A stretch of 64,000 bases of DNA from Myxococcota bacterium (GTDB lineage: Bacteria > Myxococcota_A > UBA9160 > SZUA-336). Both the position numbers and the translations under genes were made by a program. Below, piece by piece: positions 34,620 through 43,526 of the stretch; positions within the stretch are counted from its first letter, which is position 1; the number at the start of each line of letters is the position of its first letter. The stretch spans positions 96,001-160,000 of the forward strand of contig CBDFGR010000003.1 of assembly GCA_965247115.1 (NCBI GenBank), written 5' to 3'. A model generated the notes under the pieces. It saw only the letters and a program-made list of their open reading frames with translations. It searched no databases and was not told where the DNA came from.

Positions 34620-37559
34620 GTGGAGAGTTCGGCGATCAGAGCGGTCGAAGAACGACTCGAGCTGACCGGCCTCGGAGCGGAGCTTCGCGCCGCCTGCGGG
34701 GTCGGGCCGGAGCCTCGGGCCGCGCTCCAGCGGGCAGGCGCCGTGCTGAGCGCCGCGGCCGAAGCGGATCCGTCGCGCTTGACCACGGCCTGGCAGCGCG
34801 ACGGGGCCGGGCTGGCCCGCGCGCTCTGCATTCCAGCCGGCATCGCACCCTTTCTCGTCCGCTACCTGGTCCGCTACCCTGGCTGGCTCTTCACGCTCGC
34901 TGAAGACGACCTCCGCGCGGCGCGTTCGACCGCCGACTACGAGACCGGCCTCGACGGGGCCCTTGCCGGAGTCTCGCCCCAAGAGGAGGACGACGCGCTC
35001 CGACGCTACAAGTACCTCGAGCTGGCGCGAATCACCCTGCGCGACGGATCGGACGACCTCGTACCGCAGGAAGCCGTGGGCGAGACCCTGGCAGAGCTGT
35101 CGCACCTTGCAGATGCTCTGCTCTCGCGGGCGCTGGAGGTCGCAGGACGCAGCCTTGCTAGCCGGCTGGGAGCGCCGCACTGGGAGGGAGCCGGTGGCGA
35201 AGAGGTCTCCCCCCGGTTCTGCGTGCTCGGACTCGGCAAGCTCGGCTCCGAGGAGCTGAACTATTCCTCCGACGTCGATCTTGTCTACGTGTTCGAGGCC
35301 GAGCCGATTTCCGCGGGGGTGCGCGATGGCCCCTCCGAGCTCGGGCCGCAGGAGTACTTCACCCGCCTCGCACACGAGTTCGGACGGCGCGTCGCGACCG
35401 CGACCTCAGAGGGATTCCTGTACAGAGTGGACCTCGGCCTGCGACCCGAAGGTGCCCAGGGGACGCTCGTCGTGTCCGGCGACTGGCTTGCGAGCTATTG
35501 CGACAGCTGGGCCGCGACCTGGGAGCTGGCCGCCTGGATGAAAGCTCGCCCCGTTGCGGGGGATCTCCGCTTTGGGTGGGACGTGATCCGCTCGCTCGCT
35601 CCCATGCTCTACCGCTCGGCAGTGGACTATGCGGGGGTCGAGGGCATCAAGTCGATGAAGAGGCGAATCGAGCGCGAGATGGAGCGCCGTGGCGAAGACT
35701 TCGATGTCAAGCTCGGGCAGGGCGGAATTCGCGACGTCGAGTTCGTGGCGCAGGCGCTGCAGCTCCTGCACGGCGGGCGCATTCCTCAGGTACGCGGGCG
35801 CTCGACGCAGAGCGCGCTCGTGTCGCTCGCAGAGTGCGGCGCGCTCGAGCGAGAGCAGGCAGAGGGTCTGCTCAGCTCGTACCGTTTCCTGCGACGCGTT
35901 GAGAATCGCCTGCAGATGCGCGAAGAGCGGCAGACGCATCGGCTTCCGCTTCAGGCAGAGGCCCGCGAGCGTCTGGCCCGCTCGCTCGGCTACGCAGGAC
36001 GCGACGGCGTCGCGGCTTTCGATACGGATCTCCAGAGCCAGCGCGAGCGTGTGCGCGGGATCTTCGACCAGCTCCTCTCGGAGGAGGGCAGCGATCGTGT
36101 CCTGCCGCTCTTTGCCCGAGGAGCCGCGCGGCTGCTGGCGATCCCCTCCACGCGCACGATGGTCGAGGATCTTGCCCAGCGCTTCGCTCGCGAGATCGAC
36201 ACGTCTGCCGATCCCGAGCTCGCCCTGAACAACCTCGATCGCTTCATCCAGGGAATCGGCACCCACCCGTCGTACTACGGTCTGCTCCTCGATCGCCCCG
36301 AGCTTGTTCCGCGGCTCGCGCGGCTCTTCGGCGCGTCCAGGTACCTGTCCATGTTCTTCGCTCGGCACCCGGACCTGATCGAACCGGTATTCCGAGATCC
36401 GGACACCCTGCTGCCTGCAAAGCAGGTCCTGCGCGACGACGCGGCGCAGATCCGCTTGCAGCTTGCGGAGCAAGGCCGCTTCGACGCGACTGCCGCCGAG
36501 TTCGCCGCGCTGCGTTTCTTCTACCACCGAGGCGTCGTGAACGTGGCGCTGCTCGACCTCGACGCAAAGATCACACGACCCGAGGCGGAGGTGGCTCTCA
36601 GCGAGATCGCCGACGTCTGCCTGGAGCGAGCCCTCGCACTTGCGCAGGAGCAGGTTCGAGCCTCGCTGGGGGGCCCGGTCACGGCGGCGGATTTTCTGGT
36701 CGTGGGTATGGGCAAACTCGGCAGTCGCGAACTCAGCTACGGCAGCGATCTCGACGTGATCTTCCTCTACGACCTCGAAGCCGGCGATGATGCCGCGTTG
36801 CTCGAGGCGCAGGGGTCTTCGGTTCAACTCGCGCAGAGGCTCATCGGCGCGCTGCAGACTCGCACAGCAGAGGGCACCTGCTACGAGGTGGACGCGCGCC
36901 TGCGACCATCGGGAAGACAGGGCACTCTGGTTACCTCGCGTGCCTCATTCCGGAGCTACCACGAGACCAGCGCGGTGTGGGAGCGCCAGTCGCTCCTGCG
37001 GGCGCGCTCGGTGGCCGGGAGTCCGACGCTTGCCGCGCGCTTCGAGGAGATCAGGCAAGAGATCCTCCGCCGGCCGCCCCGCGCTGACATCGCCGTAGAG
37101 ATCCACCGCTCCCGCTCGCGAATTGAGCGCGAGCTGGCGCAGGAGCGACGCGGGCGCTACGACCTGAAGACGGGTCGCGGGGGCCTCCTCGACGTGGAGG
37201 ACGTCGTCCAGTACTTGCAGCTTCGGAACGGCGCGGCGTATCCGCAGCTGTTCGACCCGGAGTCGATCGTGACGCAGCTGGGTCGGATCGAGGCACTGGG
37301 CCTGATCGGAGCTGAGCCGGCCGCGCGACTGCGCGAGGGGTGGGAGTTCCTCCAGCGACTGTCGAGCCGCCTCCGGATCGTCGAGAACCGCTCGATCTCC
37401 AACCTGGACGAGGACCGAGGGGACCTGGAGGCGGTGACGCGCGCCCTCGGGTATTCCGATTCCGGCCGGTCGGGCAGCTCCCGACGGCAGCTGCTGGACG
37501 ACTACCGACGTCACACCGAAGCGATACGCGCTGTCTACCTCGAGGTCCTGGCAGTCTGA
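34620..37559 (+). CDS. glnE: Bifunctional glutamine synthetase adenylyltransferase/deadenylase
   Basis: Two nucleotidyltransferase domains: GLGKLGSEELNYSSDVDL..RVDLGLRPEG and GMGKLGSRELSYGSDLDV..VDARLRPSG. Confidence 0.95.
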   Translation: MESSAIRAVEERLELTGLGAELRAACGVGPEPRAALQRAGAVLSAAAEADPSRLTTAWQRDGAGLARALCIPAGIAPFLVRYLVRYPGWLFTLAEDDLRAARSTADYETGLDGALAGVSPQEEDDALRRYKYLELARITLRDGSDDLVPQEAVGETLAELSHLADALLSRALEVAGRSLASRLGAPHWEGAGGEEVSPRFCVLGLGKLGSEELNYSSDVDLVYVFEAEPISAGVRDGPSELGPQEYFTRLAHEFGRRVATATSEGFLYRVDLGLRPEGAQGTLVVSGDWLASYCDSWAATWELAAWMKARPVAGDLRFGWDVIRSLAPMLYRSAVDYAGVEGIKSMKRRIEREMERRGEDFDVKLGQGGIRDVEFVAQALQLLHGGRIPQVRGRSTQSALVSLAECGALEREQAEGLLSSYRFLRRVENRLQMREERQTHRLPLQAEARERLARSLGYAGRDGVAAFDTDLQSQRERVRGIFDQLLSEEGSDRVLPLFARGAARLLAIPSTRTMVEDLAQRFAREIDTSADPELALNNLDRFIQGIGTHPSYYGLLLDRPELVPRLARLFGASRYLSMFFARHPDLIEPVFRDPDTLLPAKQVLRDDAAQIRLQLAEQGRFDATAAEFAALRFFYHRGVVNVALLDLDAKITRPEAEVALSEIADVCLERALALAQEQVRASLGGPVTAADFLVVGMGKLGSRELSYGSDLDVIFLYDLEAGDDAALLEAQGSSVQLAQRLIGALQTRTAEGTCYEVDARLRPSGRQGTLVTSRASFRSYHETSAVWERQSLLRARSVAGSPTLAARFEEIRQEILRRPPRADIAVEIHRSRSRIERELAQERRGRYDLKTGRGGLLDVEDVVQYLQLRNGAAYPQLFDPESIVTQLGRIEALGLIGAEPAARLREGWEFLQRLSSRLRIVENRSISNLDEDRGDLEAVTRALGYSDSGRSGSSRRQLLDDYRRHTEAIRAVYLEVLAV

Positions 37560-37727
37560 AGGCACGGCCCGGGCCGGCGCCATCGCAACCCAAGCTGGCG
37601 ACTCCAGAACTTATGTGTGTCGGTAGGTTCGAGACCAACTGTCATCCGATTCATGCGAGTTCCGCTGGGCGGATTCATGCGCCCGTTGACATCGGCCGTC
37701 GTGTTTCAAGTATGCTGGATAATTCCG

Positions 37728-38840
37728 ATGTGCCTGTCCGACTCCCAGGCTCGCTGGATCGCTCCGTTCCTGCTTTGGGCCGCTCTTCTGAGCTGCTCCG
37801 CTGCCCAGCACGGCTTTCGCCTGGCTGAGTACGAGGGACAAGTCCTCGTTGCGACGGAGGGTCGAGGAGCCGCACGCGTCCGGGTCGAAGCGGACTACGA
37901 CTCTACGATCGACGAGTGGATCTTCCAGCACGGTAGGCCCGACTACGTCCACGTGGAATCCGGAGACAAGGTGGAGTTCTGCTACCTCGCTCAGGATCGA
38001 GCCATCGTCTTCACGCGACTTGGCTGGCGCAGGCGGAGCAGCGTGGAGATCGTCCGACCCGTTCCAGATCGTCTAGCCAGGTTCTTTGTCGGACAGGATC
38101 GAGAACGCCTTCGTTCTTCACGCGAAGTGGCGTCGGGACATGGCGGCATGATCTACGCGACGACTACCGCGAACATCCGCGAGGGCCCGGGCCTGAGCTA
38201 TCCCGTTGTCGCAAGAGCAGTGCCCGCTCAGGCGCTTGCCTACCGCTATCAACAGGCGGAGTGGTACAGGCTGGCTCGCCATGGCTGGATACACAGATCC
38301 GTGGTTTCCCGGACTGTACAAACCCCGCCAGACTACGAGATTGCGGCCGTGGAGGACACGAGCATCGGCAGCGTCAAGCGCCTGCAATACCGCGTCAGGC
38401 TGTCACGTGGCGCATCGGAGCAAGAGTTGACGACGATCAGTGAGTCGATCATCAAAGCAGCGCCTCCGCAGAACGGGCTGGACATCCTCTACTATCTTCC
38501 CGAGTCGTCGGTGGATGGCGGCTACACCGCGGGCAAGGCCGACTGGTGGCCCTACGGAGAAGTCGCAGATGCGGCGGGCGGACGCACGGGGGACTATTCG
38601 CTCCACCAGCTCGAGATTCAGACCGGTAGCTTCGCAGGCCCCATCCCCGAGCCGAAGGTCTCTGCAACACTGCCGCTGTCAGTGCGACAGGAGATCTTCT
38701 TCCATGCGGTCCAGCTGGAAGATCGTGGCTACAACCGAGAACAGGTGCACCAGGCCCTCGGGTCGAGCTATCAGATTAGCCCGGAAGCTACCGACGAGAT
38801 CCTCCTTCAGGGCGCCGTGAGTGGTTGGCCGATGCCTTAG
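37728..38840 (+). CDS. Putative lipoprotein with a bacterial SH3-like domain
   Basis: LLWAALLSC possible lipobox. ANIREGPGLSYPVV...EWYRL..GWIHRS SH3b motif. Start uncertain. Confidence 0.65.
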   Translation: MCLSDSQARWIAPFLLWAALLSCSAAQHGFRLAEYEGQVLVATEGRGAARVRVEADYDSTIDEWIFQHGRPDYVHVESGDKVEFCYLAQDRAIVFTRLGWRRRSSVEIVRPVPDRLARFFVGQDRERLRSSREVASGHGGMIYATTTANIREGPGLSYPVVARAVPAQALAYRYQQAEWYRLARHGWIHRSVVSRTVQTPPDYEIAAVEDTSIGSVKRLQYRVRLSRGASEQELTTISESIIKAAPPQNGLDILYYLPESSVDGGYTAGKADWWPYGEVADAAGGRTGDYSLHQLEIQTGSFAGPIPEPKVSATLPLSVRQEIFFHAVQLEDRGYNREQVHQALGSSYQISPEATDEILLQGAVSGWPMP

Positions 38841-38874
38841 GTCCGGCTCCAAACGCGTCTAGAGGTCGCCCACG

Positions 38875-39369
38875 ATGGATACGCCAGAGATCTTCCGACT
38901 ACAGTTCCTTCTCAGCCTTGTTGTTTGGACCGTGATTGCCAGGTCGCTGGTGGGTCCCTGGTTGAACGGCATGGCACGCGACCGGGCTCTCCTCTGGCTC
39001 ACCCTGCCGCATGCGTTTCGCCACATAGGAATGGTGTTCCTTGTCCCTGGCGTCGTAGCCCAACCGCTGCCAGCCGACTTCTCCGTTCCTGCAGCGTATG
39101 GGGACTTGCTTGCGGGTGTGCTCGCGTTGGTGGCCCTCATCGCACTTCGGGCTCGCTGGGCGGGCGCCGTGGCACTGGTCTGGCTCTTCAACCTCGTCGG
39201 CACGGTGGATCTGTTGAATGCCCTGCGCCATCGAGGCGTTGCGGCAGACTTTGGGGCGGCGTGGTTCATTCCCACGTTTCTCGTTCCCCTGCTCCTGGTG
39301 ACCCACTTCATGATCTTTGTGCGGCTCCTCCGAAGAGAGCGTGGGACCACGCGGATGGACGCACCCTGA
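38875..39369 (+). CDS. Hypothetical membrane protein
   Basis: GAGG RBS, about five hydrophobic segments, motifs HAFRHIG, AYGDL, FNLVGTVDL. Confidence 0.7.
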   Translation: MDTPEIFRLQFLLSLVVWTVIARSLVGPWLNGMARDRALLWLTLPHAFRHIGMVFLVPGVVAQPLPADFSVPAAYGDLLAGVLALVALIALRARWAGAVALVWLFNLVGTVDLLNALRHRGVAADFGAAWFIPTFLVPLLLVTHFMIFVRLLRRERGTTRMDAP

Positions 39370-39408
39370 TAGGCTGAACGCGGCTGCCCGAGTCGGAGGT
39401 TTCGTCCC

Positions 39409-39876
39409 ATGGATCGTCCCAAGCCCGGCATCGCTCTCACAATCGCGGCCCTGTTCTTCGTCGTCATCGCCGTGGAGAGCGTTCTCAAGCCGTTCGAAAC
39501 GCGGCCGGGCATGGGATTCATGCTGCTCGGGTTTCGCACGGATGGACTTCTGGAGGCGATCGTCGCCCGTGTGCACGCGGCCCTCATGCTCGCGATCGCC
39601 TATGGCATCTGGCGGCTCAGGCGCTACGCCCTCTACTCCCTGCTGGTCTACGCACCGTACGTACTGTTGAATATCATCCTGTTCTCCTTGCGCTACGACT
39701 GGCCCGATCTTCAAGGCGGAGGTCCAACCGGGATCCTAGGAACCGGGATCTTTGGGCTGCCCTCTCCGGGCGACATCCCCGGTCCCGTGTTCGCGGTCAG
39801 CTACGCGCTCTTCGCCGTCGGCATGCCCTGCGTAATCGCCTATCTGCTGTTCCGGCGTCGTCCCGAATTGAGCTGA
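39409..39876 (+). CDS. Hypothetical membrane protein
   Basis: GGAGG RBS and about four TM segments. Confidence 0.65.
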   Translation: MDRPKPGIALTIAALFFVVIAVESVLKPFETRPGMGFMLLGFRTDGLLEAIVARVHAALMLAIAYGIWRLRRYALYSLLVYAPYVLLNIILFSLRYDWPDLQGGGPTGILGTGIFGLPSPGDIPGPVFAVSYALFAVGMPCVIAYLLFRRRPELS

Positions 39877-39995
39877 GCTCGTACCAGCGGATCGACAACC
39901 CCTCGATACGCAGACAGTGCGATCGCAACGGATTGGTCCGTCGTTGCCTCGACTCCTTCTCAGAGTGGGTTCGGCGCTAAGAGAGGTATTGCGTC

Positions 39996-40844
39996 TCAGT
40001 CCACGACTTTGAACACCTGCTCCAAAGAGCGACGGAGAAGGATCTGTTCGACCATCTCAACGCGGAGCCGGCCATCCGGGAGGCGGATCACCTCTCGGGA
40101 GAACTCCGAGCTATCAACCGGGATGTCGTCGCCCCGAAACCCGAAGAAGAACAAGGGGTGAGCGCCAGCTGGGCCATCGCTCAGGTATGTGTTGATCCTC
40201 AGGCCCCCTCCGGGAAATTCGGCCGGGTCATCATCTATTCGGTCACCAAGAACTTCGTCGCCCGTAGCCTCCACCCGAAACCTGAACCCGTCGGTACCCT
40301 CGACCCGGATTTTTACACTAACCTCCCCCTCGCTCTGCTTGACCGTCCATCTGAACTCGCCGTCCCGAGCCACGTCCGACCCGAATACGTCGTTGAAAAC
40401 GTCCGGGTCGGTTGTGTAGAGCGCAAGGACCGCGAACTCTGCCTGATCGGGATCGGTGGTGGTGTTATTTACGAATGCCGTCACGCTCGATGTCGAGATG
40501 GAACCAAAGAGCATGCCGTCGTCCCGCTCTTCGATGCGCTCGATGGTGGCCAAGACGAAGACCCGCGAGAGGCCCGGGAAGCCTGGAGCCTCGAAGGCCT
40601 CGTACCCGCCGCCTGTGAGATTGTCGAGCAGCGCCTGAAGGTCGGACGTCGGGACGAACAGGTCCGTGCGGATCCTCCAATGCGAGAAGTCGCGCAGCTC
40701 TGGATCCAGCAGGTCCGGAGACATGAACTTGGCGTGCATGGGCGGCGGCCCTGCCTGTGCCCAGATACTCCTGCCTGTGCCAAACGAGAACACCAAGGAG
40801 AGAACTGCAACTAAGCCAGAAGCAATCGGTCGTGAGTTCGACAA
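39996..40844 (-). CDS. Secreted hypothetical protein
   Basis: AGAGGAGA RBS 6 nt before TTG at 40844. Signal-peptide-like N-terminus and beta-rich body. Confidence 0.6.
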   Translation of the reverse strand: MSNSRPIASGLVAVLSLVFSFGTGRSIWAQAGPPPMHAKFMSPDLLDPELRDFSHWRIRTDLFVPTSDLQALLDNLTGGGYEAFEAPGFPGLSRVFVLATIERIEERDDGMLFGSISTSSVTAFVNNTTTDPDQAEFAVLALYTTDPDVFNDVFGSDVARDGEFRWTVKQSEGEVSVKIRVEGTDGFRFRVEATGDEVLGDRIDDDPAEFPGGGLRINTYLSDGPAGAHPLFFFGFRGDDIPVDSSEFSREVIRLPDGRLRVEMVEQILLRRSLEQVFKVVD

Positions 40845-41230
40845 CGGGGATCTCCTCTGTGGATGAAAATCGAGCTTATCAGCCCAAGAGCGAATGTGCG
40901 GGGGGAAAAGGCTACTGGGCGTTCGGCAACTTCCCCCGTCACCGCAGGCTGTCCCACCCGCTGCACTGGGGGCAGGGTACGACGACAAACCTTCAGAGAT
41001 CCTTGTCGCTCGCGTGAACTTCTTCACGATCGGGCGGCTGTTCCCCTACGTGCTGCGTCCTACGGCCCAACCAAGACGACAACCAAAATACGAAACGCTG
41101 GCATGCGGCCTGCTCGTCGAGGCCGAGCGCCCAGGCATAGGTAGTAACGCCGAACGCACTGACCAATCGATCGCCGGGCCGATTGGCTCCGAATCCGGCT
41201 AGAACCTAGGATTCGGTAGCTTCCCAGACC

Positions 41231-42313
41231 TTACGCGAAGCTGTCCCACTCCCCGCACTGGGGGCAGCGCCAGTGGAGGTTCGAGTCCTGAGTACCGCAG
41301 GCGCTGCACTGAAGGGTCGGGGGTTCGCGCGGGAGGAACTCGAGCAGCCGCCCGACGGCTTCGATCGCTTCCTTGTCTCGATTCTCTGCGAGGAGTGTGC
41401 GCGTCATCTCGGCGTGCGCGGGCAGGAAGCCCGGCTCCTGATCGAGAAGTCGATCCAGTGTCGCCAGGCTGTCGGTGACCCGCTCCTGCTCGATGAGCAC
41501 CCGGGCGAGCCAGAGGCTCGCATCCGCGTCCGCTGCCGCGGTTGCGATGCGCTGCACCAACAGGGTCTCGAAGCCTTGCAAATCGTCCGTGCTCTTGAAC
41601 GCGTCCCATAGGCGCGGGTACGCCTCCAAACCAACCGCGGGATGCAGGTCGAGAACGCGGCGCCAGTGACCGATCGACCTCTTCGGCTTCCCCTCGCGCA
41701 AGCACTGATCGCCCAGAGCGAGGTACGCCTCCGAACAGCTCTTGTCGTGTCCGAGTGCGCGACGGAACGCTTTTCTCGCCTCGCTCTCACTCGACTCTGC
41801 CGCACGCCGACGTCCGAGCCCGGTCCACAGATGCGCCAGGATGCTCGGCGTGCCCGGCTCGCGCGACCCGATCCGCTTGCGGATGCGGATGGCCTCCTCC
41901 CACTCGCCGCCATCGACCCGAATACGCTCGAGCTCGCGCAGGGCTTGGATGTTGTGCGGCTCGACTTCGAGCAGCTCCTCGAAGGATGAGGCCGCGCGCT
42001 TCAGGAACCCGCCGCTGCGAAAGTCCAGAGCCAATCCGAGGAGCGCCTCTTCACGCAGCTCCTTCGGGAGGTCTTGCCGCAGCAGCAGATTCTGGTGGAC
42101 CTGGATGGCTCGGCCAACGTCACCGCGCGCCCGATACAGATTCGCCAGCGCCATGTATACGTCGGACGACGAGGAGTCGACGCGACCCGCCTCGGCGAGC
42201 GCCAGCTCCGCAGCACTGAGATCCCCGGCAAGCACGTAGTGCAGCGCCAGCCGCATCTGAGCCGTCGCGCTGGCAGGCGGTCCTTCGGGCCGCCTGCGTC
42301 GGAGCCAGCGCAC
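41231..42313 (-). CDS. lapB: LPS assembly protein B (TPR + rubredoxin-like domain)
   Basis: ALANLYRARGDVGRAIQVHQNLL, LALDFRSGGFLKRA, C-terminal CSACG...WRCPQCGEW. Confidence 0.88.
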   Translation of the reverse strand: MRWLRRRRPEGPPASATAQMRLALHYVLAGDLSAAELALAEAGRVDSSSSDVYMALANLYRARGDVGRAIQVHQNLLLRQDLPKELREEALLGLALDFRSGGFLKRAASSFEELLEVEPHNIQALRELERIRVDGGEWEEAIRIRKRIGSREPGTPSILAHLWTGLGRRRAAESSESEARKAFRRALGHDKSCSEAYLALGDQCLREGKPKRSIGHWRRVLDLHPAVGLEAYPRLWDAFKSTDDLQGFETLLVQRIATAAADADASLWLARVLIEQERVTDSLATLDRLLDQEPGFLPAHAEMTRTLLAENRDKEAIEAVGRLLEFLPREPPTLQCSACGTQDSNLHWRCPQCGEWDSFA

Positions 42314-42317
42314 GGGC

Positions 42318-42641
42318 TCAGCTCTCCTGCGCCTGCCGCTCCGGCGTCTCCTCCGAGAGGGGTAGGGTGCGGAGTCCGTGAAGCTCCTGCTCGAGCTCGT
42401 CGATGTTGCGTGCCTGTCTGCGGACGCGCAGCCTCGTTCGAAGCAACGGCCAGGAGAGGAAGCCCACCGCAAGCGCCGCTCCCACGATGGCAGAGCTGAA
42501 CAGTGCCATCCAGACCGGGACCTCGGTAGGACGGGCGATCAACAGGTTGATCTCCGGGATTCGGCCGGTGTTCTGATACGCGAACCACCCCACGACAGAA
42601 ACGAGCGCTAGAGCGGCGACCGCGGTGAGCGCCTGTCTCAT
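42318..42641 (-). CDS. lapA: LapA family membrane protein
   Basis: FAYQN, two TM helices, coiled-coil tail. Lies between HIT/ihfB and lapB. Confidence 0.75.
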   Translation of the reverse strand: MRQALTAVAALALVSVVGWFAYQNTGRIPEINLLIARPTEVPVWMALFSSAIVGAALAVGFLSWPLLRTRLRVRRQARNIDELEQELHGLRTLPLSEETPERQAQES

Positions 42642-43129
42642 GGTAGCTCCCGGAACCGCTCGGAGAGCTCCGCGTAGATGTGCTCGATGTGCGTAGGGAT
42701 GACTCGGATCTCACCCACGACAGTCATGAAGTTGTGATCTCCGCTCCAGCGTGGGACCACGTGAAAGTGGAGATGATCCTCGAAGCCAGCGCCTCCTGCA
42801 CGGCCGATGTTCGCGCCAATGTTGAGCCCGTCGCACCCGTAGTGCGCTCGCAGGAGTCCGGCAGAAGCGGAAATCCGGGACATCAGATCCTGCTGCGTCT
42901 CGCTGTCGAGCTCCTCGACCAGGCCCACATGCTCATAGGGGGCCACCATGACGTGTCCAGGCGAGTACGGGAAACGATTGAGGAGCACGAAGACGCGCTC
43001 GGATCGAAGCAGTATGAGGCGCTCCGCATCGGAAACGGGCTCGGCGGGCTCACAGAAGATGCAGGCCCGAGCCTGGTCCACACCCTCGATGTATTGCATC
43101 CGCCAGGGAGCCCAGAGGGGGCCCTCCAC
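42638..43129 (-). CDS. HIT family hydrolase
   Basis: LWAPWRMQYI, CIFC, LNRFPYSPGH, HLHFHVVPRW. Confidence 0.9.
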   Translation of the reverse strand: MEGPLWAPWRMQYIEGVDQARACIFCEPAEPVSDAERLILLRSERVFVLLNRFPYSPGHVMVAPYEHVGLVEELDSETQQDLMSRISASAGLLRAHYGCDGLNIGANIGRAGGAGFEDHLHFHVVPRWSGDHNFMTVVGEIRVIPTHIEHIYAELSERFRELP

Positions 43130-43130
43130 G

Positions 43131-43484
43131 TCAGCGGACCTCCGAGGACCCCGCGGCCGGCTGCGCGCCGCCTCCGACGCCCTGGTCCGTAAGCTCCCGC
43201 TTGCGACGCTCCTCGATCCGCTCCTTGAGCTCTTTGCCCACCTTGAAGAACGGGGCCCGTTTGGCGGGGATCCTGACCTCGTCACCAGTCTTCGGGTTCC
43301 GTCCCTCCCTGGCCTCGCGGATCTTCACCTGAAAACTGCCAAAGCCTCGAATCTCGATGCGATCCCCTTGCTTCAATGACTCCGTCATGCTGTCGAAGAT
43401 GGTGTTGACGACCGTCTCCGTATCCTTCTTTGAGATATGTGGCAGCCGTTGGGCAACCCGCTCGATCAGATCACTTTTCGTCAT
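43131..43484 (-). CDS. ihfB: Integration host factor beta subunit
   Basis: MTKSDLIE, RIEIRGFGSF, GRNPKTG, FKVGKELKER. Downstream of rpsA. Confidence 0.92.
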   Translation of the reverse strand: MTKSDLIERVAQRLPHISKKDTETVVNTIFDSMTESLKQGDRIEIRGFGSFQVKIREAREGRNPKTGDEVRIPAKRAPFFKVGKELKERIEERRKRELTDQGVGGGAQPAAGSSEVR

Positions 43485-43526
43485 ACGAAAGAGCTCCCCC
43501 CGTGTCCCTCCGCTGCTTCTCGCGGC

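Noticed and set aside
37686..37716. TTGACA-19-TATGCT as a MerR-type promoter
   Set aside because: No dyad symmetry in the spacer and no MerR gene nearby. It may be an ordinary promoter.
40860..41040. Possible c-di-GMP-I riboswitch upstream of the secreted protein
   Set aside because: GTTGCCGAA and some hairpins are present, but the GGCAAAC/GNRA/GCAAAG core is missing and part of the region is explained by the lapB-end duplicate.
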